A stretch of DNA of 57,438 bases, taken from NCBI GenBank assembly GCA_016280325.1, contig JAEEGM010000137.1, forward strand, positions 1 to 57,438. The letters run 5' to 3'. The position numbers were made by a program, and so were the translations under genes. The notes under the pieces were generated by a model that saw nothing but the letters and a program-made list of their open reading frames with translations, did not search any database and was not told the origin of the DNA. This DNA is from Eubacterium sp. (GTDB lineage Bacteria; Bacillota; Clostridia; Lachnospirales; Lachnospiraceae). Positions 46,722 through 55,818 of the stretch are shown piece by piece. Positions within the stretch are counted from its first letter, which is position 1; every line of letters begins with the position of its first letter.

Positions 46722-49241
46722 TCATTCCATGTAACTCATAAACCGATTGCCGTTTTTCCTGAAGAATCTTTCAAAAACCTTCCGGCTGACGGTACGTTTC
46801 CCTACATCCGGATCATAGATTGTCAAGCCTTTTAACGTATACCCTCCGATTACAACACCTTTATTATCATACGTCATCGCGATAACCGGTTTATTGTTGC
46901 TGACAAAATAGATCACCTGCTCCAACGTACATCCCTTCAGGTTCAGCGGCTGATCGATATACTCCTCCATCATCTCATACGGCGTTTTCTTCGATGTCGT
47001 CAGCGTCTGCGGATCGATATCCTTCTCCGATACCTGACTAAGTTCCATCGCTACGCAGGCGGCCAGATTCGATACTCCCTTCCCGCTCTTGATGATGGAA
47101 AGGTCTCCCAGGTTGTTCTGATTGAAGGCGCCGCTTCTCTCCCATACCACCTTGTGGTCGCCGGATATTACCACACCCATCTGCTTATCTGCCTCGCGGA
47201 TTGCCTTGCGTACATCCTCAAAGGACTTGGTAATACGTCCGAATGCCGATACGTAATAATTTATCACCTTCGGCTGTTCCAAACGGAGCATCCTGTTATT
47301 GGTCTTAACCGATTCCCCGGCCTGCGTCAGACGGATCTTTCCGGGCATCGTAAAGGTCGACGGAAATTTCACATACCACTCCGTCAACGACTTATTCGTC
47401 AACCTCGAGGTATAGGAAAACTTCGACGCCTTGATCGAGGAACGGTTCAAAATGGAGTCCTCGCCCGCATTTTTATACCCGTCCCCTGTCTTGCGACACA
47501 GGGTGATATTCACGACATTTCCGGAACCGACAGCATCCCTTACGTAGACGCCTTCCTTGTCATAGGTCTTTACCACCTTGCCGGATGTATCGCAGATCAA
47601 AAGCTTATAACAGGGGATGACGCGCGTGCCGTCCGACTGTTTTTTGATGTCATTTTTGCGCACAAATCCGTACACCACATTACTCTCGATGGTGCCGAGC
47701 AGGCGGATGTACTCATCTTCCGACGGCGTACGTATCTCCTGGTGCGCGTCGTTCTCGAGATTGTAGATCGTGATACTCTCCCCGTATCCTTTTGACAACG
47801 AGGAAGACCATACATAACAGTTGGAATTTTCCATCGTTCTAAAGGAGATATCCTTGACATTTTTCTGAAGGATCTCCAGGCGCTGTCCGGAAATATTATA
47901 GGCATACACCGTATTTGCCACCGTGAAATAAAACACATCGCGGGGTGAAACATAACTGTAGTTTTCAAAGTCAATCGCCATCTGCCGGTAGGTTGTCTCC
48001 ATCGGAAGTGTCACGAGTTCTTCGATGGTTCCGTCCTTTTTGTAACGATACAGGATGATCGCGACATCGCCCTCGTAGGCTCCTCGCGGCTGATAACCAT
48101 AGACACAGAAAAACAGCGAATCCTCTTCATCCACCGCCACCAGACGAATGTCGTTTTCATTATACGCGCGTTGCAGATAGTCCGCGTCCTCACTGTGGAT
48201 CGAGTAGAGTTTGTGCATCGTATTCTGTGCCATATCATAGAAATACAACACACCGCCACGGGAAAAATACAAGCCCTTATTGTCCCCCGTCGGAAGTAAC
48301 TTATCCGTCGTCTTGGACGTGATACCGAGTTTTAACTGGGAGCTGGATACACTCGCGACACCGGTATCAAACTCCGCCTCCATCGTGCGCTCGAAGTTCA
48401 AAAGATAATCCTGTCCGCCCGCGTGGCGCACACGGTAATACTCCTTGATCTGATAATTCTCCGTTCCGGAATTGGTATTCGCGCGGATAAAATAATTGTA
48501 CTGCACAGCGGCAGTTTCCATATTGTATTCCTTGATCGTGATGTATTCATCGGATATGATCTTCGGAGCCATCCCCGCCCACGTGATCAGGTCGGAACTG
48601 GAATTGATGGTTACCCTTGCCAGCGTTGAATTCCGGTTATTTTCATCCGGCTCAAGATAGCGGGCCACATCCTCGATCTTACTTTTCTGGAATGTATTTT
48701 TATGGAATTCGCGGATAAATGACAACTTGCTGTCGATACCGGAATCCTCCAGGTAATACTTGATGCGCGTGTAGTAATGAACCTCTCGTCCGTCGTTCAT
48801 AACACCGCTGATATCCAGGATATACTCAGTCGAAGTCGCCATCGCGTAAGACAAGTTAAGCTTCACCTCTTTCTGATCTGAGGTAAAGCCCTTGACAGAT
48901 TGTGTATCGTAGATTTCACCGCTCTCTTTATCGATAATATGGTATGTAAGCTCGGTCAGATAGCTCTTCCCTCCGTGAATATGAAGCGTCAGAGATTTGC
49001 TCTGATCGAGCGGCGTCATCGACTCACGGATCACATTCGACTCAAGCGGTGCAGCATACCCGTAAAGCGGATTGATCTTGTGTCCCTGTGTCTCCAGCAT
49101 CAGCACCGGAAACGTCTCCTTCTCCAGCGACATCTGCTCACCGGATACCTCATAATTGGTCTTCATCTGCTGTCCGAAAAACCACAGCGCACCAACGAAT
49201 ATTAATATCAATCCAACCGCTTTATATATATACTTTGCCAT
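46722..49241 (-). CDS. Large membrane-anchored hypothetical protein (possible degenerate peptidase C39-like C-terminus)
   Basis: Single N-terminal TM and beta-rich body; C-terminal NLAAC...PVIAM...VVIGGY...IYDP pattern. Confidence 0.7.
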   Translation of the reverse strand: MAKYIYKAVGLILIFVGALWFFGQQMKTNYEVSGEQMSLEKETFPVLMLETQGHKINPLYGYAAPLESNVIRESMTPLDQSKSLTLHIHGGKSYLTELTYHIIDKESGEIYDTQSVKGFTSDQKEVKLNLSYAMATSTEYILDISGVMNDGREVHYYTRIKYYLEDSGIDSKLSFIREFHKNTFQKSKIEDVARYLEPDENNRNSTLARVTINSSSDLITWAGMAPKIISDEYITIKEYNMETAAVQYNYFIRANTNSGTENYQIKEYYRVRHAGGQDYLLNFERTMEAEFDTGVASVSSSQLKLGITSKTTDKLLPTGDNKGLYFSRGGVLYFYDMAQNTMHKLYSIHSEDADYLQRAYNENDIRLVAVDEEDSLFFCVYGYQPRGAYEGDVAIILYRYKKDGTIEELVTLPMETTYRQMAIDFENYSYVSPRDVFYFTVANTVYAYNISGQRLEILQKNVKDISFRTMENSNCYVWSSSLSKGYGESITIYNLENDAHQEIRTPSEDEYIRLLGTIESNVVYGFVRKNDIKKQSDGTRVIPCYKLLICDTSGKVVKTYDKEGVYVRDAVGSGNVVNITLCRKTGDGYKNAGEDSILNRSSIKASKFSYTSRLTNKSLTEWYVKFPSTFTMPGKIRLTQAGESVKTNNRMLRLEQPKVINYYVSAFGRITKSFEDVRKAIREADKQMGVVISGDHKVVWERSGAFNQNNLGDLSIIKSGKGVSNLAACVAMELSQVSEKDIDPQTLTTSKKTPYEMMEEYIDQPLNLKGCTLEQVIYFVSNNKPVIAMTYDNKGVVIGGYTLKGLTIYDPDVGKRTVSRKVFERFFRKNGNRFMSYME

Positions 49242-49247
49242 ACAGAA

Positions 49248-50720
49248 TCACCCTTGCGTAAATGCCAGTTTCTCAAACTCTCTCACCGACAACGGCTTGA
49301 AAAATACATACCCCTGGATCAGGTCACAGTTCATATCACGCAGAAACTCTACCTGCTCTCCGATCTCCACACCCTCGGATACCGTCTTCAGATCCAAAGC
49401 CTGCGCCAGACGGATCACGCTTCGGATGACATCCTTACCACGCGCGTCGTCCTCGCTGCTTTTGAAAAATACCCGGTCCAGCTTCAGTGTATCTACCTTA
49501 ACATCCTTCAGCATATTCAACGAAGAATATCCGCTTCCGAAATCATCGATCGAGCAGGTCATGCCACACGCGTGGATCCGGCTCACGAGATCATTCAGCG
49601 ATTCCAGATCGTTGTAGAACAGAGATTCCGTCAACTCGATCTCGATCGAGCCTTCCGGTATTTCATACTTGTGATAGATTGCCTCATAATACTCAAAAAA
49701 CTCCGGTACTTCGAAGTGACACCGTGAAAGATTGACGGAAACCGTGATTGGCCGGTACCCTTTTTTATGCCATTCATCGATCATTTCACATACTTTTTCA
49801 AACATAAAAATGTCGATATTAATAACGAATCCGTTGTGCTCAAATAACGGAATAAATTCGTTCGGATAGATCATTCCTTCATCCGGATCGATCCACCTTA
49901 TCAGCGCTTCCGCGCCGGCAATACGATCCGTTACCAGATCCACCTTCGGCTGAAGGAACGGAACAAAGTGACCGTTTTTCATCGCCTGATGCATCTTCTG
50001 CTCCAGCTCACGATCGCGATTCATCCTCTGACGATCCTTCTCGTCATAGATTCCGAGCGGTACACGGTAGTTGTTAAATGAGATATTTTTACGCCCGAGA
50101 TTGGCTCTCTCGAGCATCGCGCCCACGTCGATATCTTCAGACTCATCGAGAACATAGACACCGTAAAACATCACGATGCCGTACGGAACACCGGACCTGT
50201 CAGAAAGCTCCGCAAAGCGGTCCGAGATCCTCTCCAATCTCTCATCGAGTTTGGCGATCGAGTGGAAATGCATCAAAATACCGAAGTTGTCTGCCATCAG
50301 GCGTCCGGAAACCTCGTCCCAGTTCAACTCCGCATCAATAATTGTTTGGATTTTCTTCAGGATTTTGTCGCCTTCATCATCGCCGTAGGAATCGTTGATC
50401 AATTTGAAACGGTCGATATTGGCGTGAACCATAACATATCTGTGGTTACTTGAAAGAATGTTTTTCGCGATACGTTCAAACTGCTTTCTGTTGTTACCTC
50501 CCGTTACATCATCGCGTCCGAGCTGCCTGTATATGATCACGTACTTGGCAAAAATAACACCGATAAAAAACACCGCAACCGCAACATATCCGGCAATCTT
50601 GACGGACATTGCCATAGGCTCCAACCAGTTGTGAAGTAGCAGAAAAAATACCACAGCCACAACCAGATCCACTGCGATCATAAACGCGATCATTTTTATC
50701 TTGGATAACAACAGTTTCAT
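49248..50720 (-). CDS. Membrane-bound degenerate GGDEF + EAL protein
   Basis: 2 TMs; RLMADNF at the GGDEF position; AEALIRW, IELTES, DDFGSGYS and EGVE. Confidence 0.92.
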   Translation of the reverse strand: MKLLLSKIKMIAFMIAVDLVVAVVFFLLLHNWLEPMAMSVKIAGYVAVAVFFIGVIFAKYVIIYRQLGRDDVTGGNNRKQFERIAKNILSSNHRYVMVHANIDRFKLINDSYGDDEGDKILKKIQTIIDAELNWDEVSGRLMADNFGILMHFHSIAKLDERLERISDRFAELSDRSGVPYGIVMFYGVYVLDESEDIDVGAMLERANLGRKNISFNNYRVPLGIYDEKDRQRMNRDRELEQKMHQAMKNGHFVPFLQPKVDLVTDRIAGAEALIRWIDPDEGMIYPNEFIPLFEHNGFVINIDIFMFEKVCEMIDEWHKKGYRPITVSVNLSRCHFEVPEFFEYYEAIYHKYEIPEGSIEIELTESLFYNDLESLNDLVSRIHACGMTCSIDDFGSGYSSLNMLKDVKVDTLKLDRVFFKSSEDDARGKDVIRSVIRLAQALDLKTVSEGVEIGEQVEFLRDMNCDLIQGYVFFKPLSVREFEKLAFTQG

Positions 50721-50741
50721 GAATGCTTTTCCCCTCTAGCA

Positions 50742-52694
50742 TCAATAATACGGATTGATCAGGCGCTTCTCAAATTCCTCTCTGGAAAGCGGCCTGTCGA
50801 ATAAAAATCCCTGCGCCATTGTACAGCCGACGCGCTTGAGAAACTCGACCTGCTCCTCGGTCTCGACACCCTCACAGATTACCTTTCGATCGAGATCGTG
50901 GATCATGCGGACGATGTTTTCGACCATACGCTCCTCTTTCGCATCGTTCTCATCACGAAGGAAAGTACGATCAAGCTTGATCACATCCATATCAATATCT
51001 CTCAGAAGCGAGAGAGAAGAATACCCGGTTCCGAAGTCGTCCATTGAAGTATGGATACCGGCCTCGCGCATCTCCGACACAAAATACTTCATCGCGTCGA
51101 GATCCTCGTAACCGGAAGACTCCGTCAGCTCCGCCTCCAGATAATACGGATCGGCGCCATGTTTATTTACCACTGCCAGCACATCGTCTACAAACTGCTT
51201 ATTGTGCAGATGCAATTTGGAAAAATTCGATGACACGCGTACCGGCTGAATGCCTCTGCGCTGCCAGTCACCGATGTCCCGACACACTTTATCAAATACA
51301 TAAAAATCCAGTTCCTGGACCTTACCGTCATTCTCCAATACCGGAATAAATGAGTTCGGCGGTACCAGCTCGCCGTTGCGGATCCAGCGCACAAGCGCCT
51401 CGCAACCACAGAGCGTACGCGTCTTCAGATTGACCTTCGGCTGATAATAAATGATGAACTCTTCTTCCTCGATCGCTTTGTGATAACCACTGAGAATATC
51501 CTTCTGACGGATCATCTCATCACGACGTTCCTGACGGAACCATACATAATCATTGGCTCCGGAGCGGCGCGTCTCACCGACCGCGATCAGACAGGCGTTG
51601 ATCACATCGTAGATCGAATCGTCTTCATTGATCTGATAGATACCGCATCGACTGGTCAGTGTCAGACCCATCTTTTCACCGACATCCACCGGCACCTTGG
51701 AAATCTGATTGAAAAATGCCTCCGCACGGTCTTTTTCCACCAAAGCAATAAAGTTGTCACCACCGTTTCTGGCGATAACCTCTCCTCGCTGGAGATACCC
51801 GTTGAGCGTTGCCGCATAGTTTTTCAGAACAATATCACCGATCACCGAACCATACTCCTGGTTGATGAACTTGAAGTCCTTGATACTGATGGCGAGTCCG
51901 GCATAATTGGTCAGACGATTTTTCTTACGACGCTTCATCTTCTCTCCGACGCGGATCAACTGGTCGAAGTTCGCGACGCCGGTCAACAGATCCCGGCTTA
52001 CCATCTCGTCGGATATGCGCAGACAGTAGGATACATTGAATACGGTCGCGAGGATCATCAAAAACATCAGCACGCGCGAGATAATACGCATCAGATCCGC
52101 GGATTCCCGCATGGATGTCTTGAGATTTTCGATATCCTTGTGGATCGCAGAGTCCATATTGACAATATGCGTATTCATCTCAGATACGATGGGCTCCAAC
52201 TTGGTTGTCATTGTATAGTGTGCTGTCTGAGTGGCACCCGCGCCACTCAGATCCATGACATTATCGACATTATGGAGATAGGCCGACATCAGAGAGAACA
52301 ATTCGTGGTAACCCGTCTCATACTCTGTCGAACGCACGATTGCCTCATAATCCTTCATCGTCGTTTTGAGGCCGTCTTCAACTCTCTTTGCATTTTCCTT
52401 TAACTCTGTCTTCTTTTCCTTTTTCTGTTCCGCTATGTGATGGAATACGACAGCCTGGTGCTCATAGATATCTATCATCACCTCATTCATATATTCCGAA
52501 ATGGTGTAATCCACATCTACGATGTGGCCGTAATTCCGGATAAGGCCCTTCATATTCGCGTATACAGTTTCGATGGCAACGATGGAAAACAGAGAAGAAA
52601 TAACGGTAATAAAAGCGATCCGGAACGAAAGCTTGTTCCGGCGCAGACCGTTTATCTGCTTATTATTCTGCAGCTTTCCCTTCTTTTCTTTCAT
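50742..52694 (-). CDS. Membrane-bound sensor (four-helix-bundle-like) GGDEF-like + EAL protein
   Basis: TM, helical extracellular domain, TM; RNGGDNF; CEALVRW, DDFGTGYS and EGVE. Confidence 0.92.
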   Translation of the reverse strand: MKEKKGKLQNNKQINGLRRNKLSFRIAFITVISSLFSIVAIETVYANMKGLIRNYGHIVDVDYTISEYMNEVMIDIYEHQAVVFHHIAEQKKEKKTELKENAKRVEDGLKTTMKDYEAIVRSTEYETGYHELFSLMSAYLHNVDNVMDLSGAGATQTAHYTMTTKLEPIVSEMNTHIVNMDSAIHKDIENLKTSMRESADLMRIISRVLMFLMILATVFNVSYCLRISDEMVSRDLLTGVANFDQLIRVGEKMKRRKKNRLTNYAGLAISIKDFKFINQEYGSVIGDIVLKNYAATLNGYLQRGEVIARNGGDNFIALVEKDRAEAFFNQISKVPVDVGEKMGLTLTSRCGIYQINEDDSIYDVINACLIAVGETRRSGANDYVWFRQERRDEMIRQKDILSGYHKAIEEEEFIIYYQPKVNLKTRTLCGCEALVRWIRNGELVPPNSFIPVLENDGKVQELDFYVFDKVCRDIGDWQRRGIQPVRVSSNFSKLHLHNKQFVDDVLAVVNKHGADPYYLEAELTESSGYEDLDAMKYFVSEMREAGIHTSMDDFGTGYSSLSLLRDIDMDVIKLDRTFLRDENDAKEERMVENIVRMIHDLDRKVICEGVETEEQVEFLKRVGCTMAQGFLFDRPLSREEFEKRLINPYY

Positions 52695-53935
52695 CCTGTG
52701 ATTCCTTTCACCATCTCATCCAACAGTTGTTGCAAATCTCTTTTGTCCGGATTACCACTGGCAATCGCTACACCGAACTTCGTCGTCGCATCCCAGAACG
52801 GAGCCGCTACTCTCTGTAACATCGCGAATTCGGACTGATCCCCAAGCGCCTTGACCACCGGATCATCCTTAACCTGTTCCTTGCCTGCCACTTCATGATT
52901 GGCCGGAACCTCTCCGGTCTTTTCGTACTCAACAATCTGATTATCATCCGAAGTGATAAACTCCGCGAACAGCTGACACCATTTTTGATGCTTGGTCTTG
53001 GCATTGATACCGATCACCTTGTAACCGGTAAAACTTGCCATCTGTTCCTGCTTCCCGTCAACCGTAAAGGTCGGAAGCTTGACCGCGGCGTAGTTGTCCC
53101 CCCAGGCTTCTTTTACCTTTTCCGCGTTCCACGCTCCGTTAATCCCGGCGATCACCGTTCCGTCCTGCACGCCCTCAATGAATCCTTCATCACCGCGTGA
53201 CTCGAAGCCTCTCTTTCCGATAACCGATGAGATTGCTTCCGCTACCGAAAGGCCTGTGTGAGGCGTATCCTTGGCATTCCAGTTGCAGGTATTTTTCTCA
53301 CCGGATTCATCCGGAAATACATCCAAGCCCGCCCCTTTGAAGAATGAGTAGAGATACCACCCGCTACTGAGGTCCATCGTTACTTTCTTCTGTGTGTTCC
53401 CCGCGATCTCCACCATACGATCCAGTGTCTTGACGTCTTTCTCGCGGAAGTATTTTTTGTTGTAATACATGAAATATCCGTTTACGGTCTCAGGCAGCGC
53501 GTACACCTTACCATCGCGAACAACCGACTGGTAAGCGACCGAACCTTCACCACCGAAACGCGTAAGAGCCATCTTCGGATCGGTCTGAAACTCCATAAGC
53601 ACGCCGGCGTCCTTCAGCTCATCCAACTGGTCATCGGCAAAGCAGAATATATCCGCGGCCCCTTCCGGATTCGCGAGGATCGTCTCACGACAGGTATCCT
53701 CTTCCTCCCTGCTTATGTGATACTCAATCTCGACATCGTCTTCATGAACCTTCTGAAAATCCTTCATGTAGTCTTTCATCAGATCCATCTTTCCTTCTGC
53801 CGCCCAGAGGGAGATCGAGATCTTTTCCTTGGATCCACAGCCGGAAAGCGAACAGCACAAAAACAGGAGCAAAGCTCCTGTAATCAGGCGTTTCACCTTT
53901 TCTACTCTCCCTATCATCTGAGTTTCCTCCGACAT
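52691..53935 (-). CDS. Extracellular sugar-type solute-binding lipoprotein (maltodextrin-binding-like), orphan
   Basis: Lipobox LSGC; AADIF, DGKVYALP, MYYNK, INGAW and AAVKLPT. No ABC permease is adjacent. The start may be slightly downstream. Confidence 0.88.
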   Translation of the reverse strand: MSEETQMIGRVEKVKRLITGALLLFLCCSLSGCGSKEKISISLWAAEGKMDLMKDYMKDFQKVHEDDVEIEYHISREEEDTCRETILANPEGAADIFCFADDQLDELKDAGVLMEFQTDPKMALTRFGGEGSVAYQSVVRDGKVYALPETVNGYFMYYNKKYFREKDVKTLDRMVEIAGNTQKKVTMDLSSGWYLYSFFKGAGLDVFPDESGEKNTCNWNAKDTPHTGLSVAEAISSVIGKRGFESRGDEGFIEGVQDGTVIAGINGAWNAEKVKEAWGDNYAAVKLPTFTVDGKQEQMASFTGYKVIGINAKTKHQKWCQLFAEFITSDDNQIVEYEKTGEVPANHEVAGKEQVKDDPVVKALGDQSEFAMLQRVAAPFWDATTKFGVAIASGNPDKRDLQQLLDEMVKGITG

Positions 53936-54000
53936 GTCTCCCCTTAGCGTTCACAGTTACCTACATTCTACTATATAAATAGACATTTTGTCAAAGTTTT

Positions 54001-54870
54001 TTACCGCTTTTCGTAATGTTTCGAAAGCGCGTCCGCCAGCCTCGCATAGGTCGTGATATCGAGTTTTTCTCCACGTACGGCAGGCTCCAGTCCGACCTCG
54101 GTGATCGCGTGACTCACCGTATCCTTGTCAAAGTCAAGCTCCGGGCTGTTGGAAATGGCATTCAACAGGGTTTTTCTCCGCTGCGCGAACGCCGCCCGGA
54201 TCAGCTTGAACATCAGGTGTTCATCCTGTGTTTCCACGGGTGGCTCTTCCCGTCTTTTCAGACGGATCACCGCACTCGCTACCTTCGGCCGGGGCGTAAA
54301 GCAGTTCGGCGGAACATTCGCCGCCAGATACGGCTCGGCGTAATACTGCACGGCAAGGCTGATCGCACCGCAGTCTTTGGCTCCCGGCTCTGCCATCATC
54401 CGATCGGCAACCTCCTTTTGCACCATCACGGTGATGCTGTGAAGCGGAACGCGACTCTCCAAAAGTTCCATCAGAATCGGTGTCGTGATGTAGTAAGGGA
54501 GATTTGCCACGACTTTGATCGGTCGCCCTTTACCGCGGCTTTCCGCAATCTCCCGGATGTCCTGCTTCAGGATGTCACCCACAAGAATTTCCAGATTATC
54601 GTAAAGCGGAACGAGCTCCCGCTCAAGGATGTCCGCCAAGTCATAGTCAATCTCCACCGCAAGAACATTCCCGGCATGCTCACACAGGGCACGCGTCATC
54701 GTCCCGAGACCGGGCCCGATCTCGAGAACAAAGTCATCTTCGGTGATCTCCGCGGCGTCGATGATCTTGTCAAGCACACGCGGGTCGGTCAGAAAGTTCT
54801 GGCCGAAGCGCTTGCGCGCGTGGACGTCGTAGCGGCGTATCAATTCGTATGTGGCTTCAATAGGGGTCAT
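54001..54870 (-). CDS. rsmA: 16S rRNA m6(2)A1518/1519 dimethyltransferase
   Basis: KRFGQNFL, EIGPGLG, VANLPYYITTP and FAQRRKTL. Confidence 0.97.
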   Translation of the reverse strand: MTPIEATYELIRRYDVHARKRFGQNFLTDPRVLDKIIDAAEITEDDFVLEIGPGLGTMTRALCEHAGNVLAVEIDYDLADILERELVPLYDNLEILVGDILKQDIREIAESRGKGRPIKVVANLPYYITTPILMELLESRVPLHSITVMVQKEVADRMMAEPGAKDCGAISLAVQYYAEPYLAANVPPNCFTPRPKVASAVIRLKRREEPPVETQDEHLMFKLIRAAFAQRRKTLLNAISNSPELDFDKDTVSHAITEVGLEPAVRGEKLDITTYARLADALSKHYEKR

Positions 54871-54898
54871 AAACGTTCTCCAATTTTTATTGTTTTCC

Positions 54899-54939
54899 GC
54901 CGAAAGGTTTTATACACAGTGTAATAAAACCCTTTCGGC
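54899..54939. other. Intergenic hairpin between tatD and rsmA
   Basis: GCCGAAAGGTTTTATACAC-A-GTGTAATAAAACCCTTTCGGC. Confidence 0.55.
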
Positions 54940-54966
54940 CGGGTAACTAACCATATTATTCTATAA

Positions 54967-55800
54967 TCATGAGATGTGGTACACGGTTTTTGCGTTTATA
55001 GTTGTCTGCGCCACTACTTCTTCCTCAGAAACACCCTTTAACTCCGCAACTTTTTTTACAACATACGGGAGCAGTGAACTGTCGTTACGCTTACCGCGAT
55101 ATGGTTCCGGGGCAAGGTACGGGCAGTCCGTCTCGAGAACGATACGTTCGAGCGGGACGGCTTCAACGGTTTCGATCAGACGGCGGGCATTTTTGAACGT
55201 GATGACGCCGCCGACACCGATGAAAAATCCCATCGAGACGTATTCCTTCGCCTGCTCGGCGGAGTAAGAATAGCAATGAATAATACCGCCGCAATCGGCA
55301 GCTTTTTCTTCCCGTATGATCGTCATCGTGTCGGCCGCTGCCTCGCGGCTGTGGACAACAATCGGGAGAGAGACTTCCTTTGCCAGCGCGATCTGGCGAC
55401 GAAACCAGTGCTGCTGATTTCGATTTTCTTCTTCCGACTCCGACCAGTGGTAGTCGAGTCCGATCTCACCGATCGCGACAACTTTCGGGTTTCGATCCGG
55501 TGCCGCCGCTGCCGTATCCGACCGTCTTCTCATCGCCTCTTCCGGATCGGCATAGCAATGCGCGTACAACCAGTCAATATCCGCCTCACTCATCTCTTTG
55601 GTCTCGCTTGGATGAAAGCCGACAGCGGCATAAACAAAGTTGTATTTTTCCGCCAATTGTAACGCGCTTTTTGAGGTCGGAATATCTACTCCGATATTCA
55701 CGACACGCCCGATATTACGCGAAGACAGACCGGAAAGGATATCTTCCCGGTCTGCATTAAATGCTTCATCATCGTAGTGTACATGTGTATCAAAAATCAT
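54967..55800 (-). CDS. tatD: TatD family hydrolase
   Basis: DTHVH, GFHP, IGEIGLDY, HSRE, HCYS and ETDCPY. Confidence 0.96.
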   Translation of the reverse strand: MIFDTHVHYDDEAFNADREDILSGLSSRNIGRVVNIGVDIPTSKSALQLAEKYNFVYAAVGFHPSETKEMSEADIDWLYAHCYADPEEAMRRRSDTAAAAPDRNPKVVAIGEIGLDYHWSESEEENRNQQHWFRRQIALAKEVSLPIVVHSREAAADTMTIIREEKAADCGGIIHCYSYSAEQAKEYVSMGFFIGVGGVITFKNARRLIETVEAVPLERIVLETDCPYLAPEPYRGKRNDSSLLPYVVKKVAELKGVSEEEVVAQTTINAKTVYHIS

Positions 55801-55818
55801 GATTATTATTCGTCCTGT

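Noticed and set aside
54910-54918. DnaA box TTATACACA before rsmA
   Set aside because: It is a single match that forms part of a hairpin stem, and could be chance.
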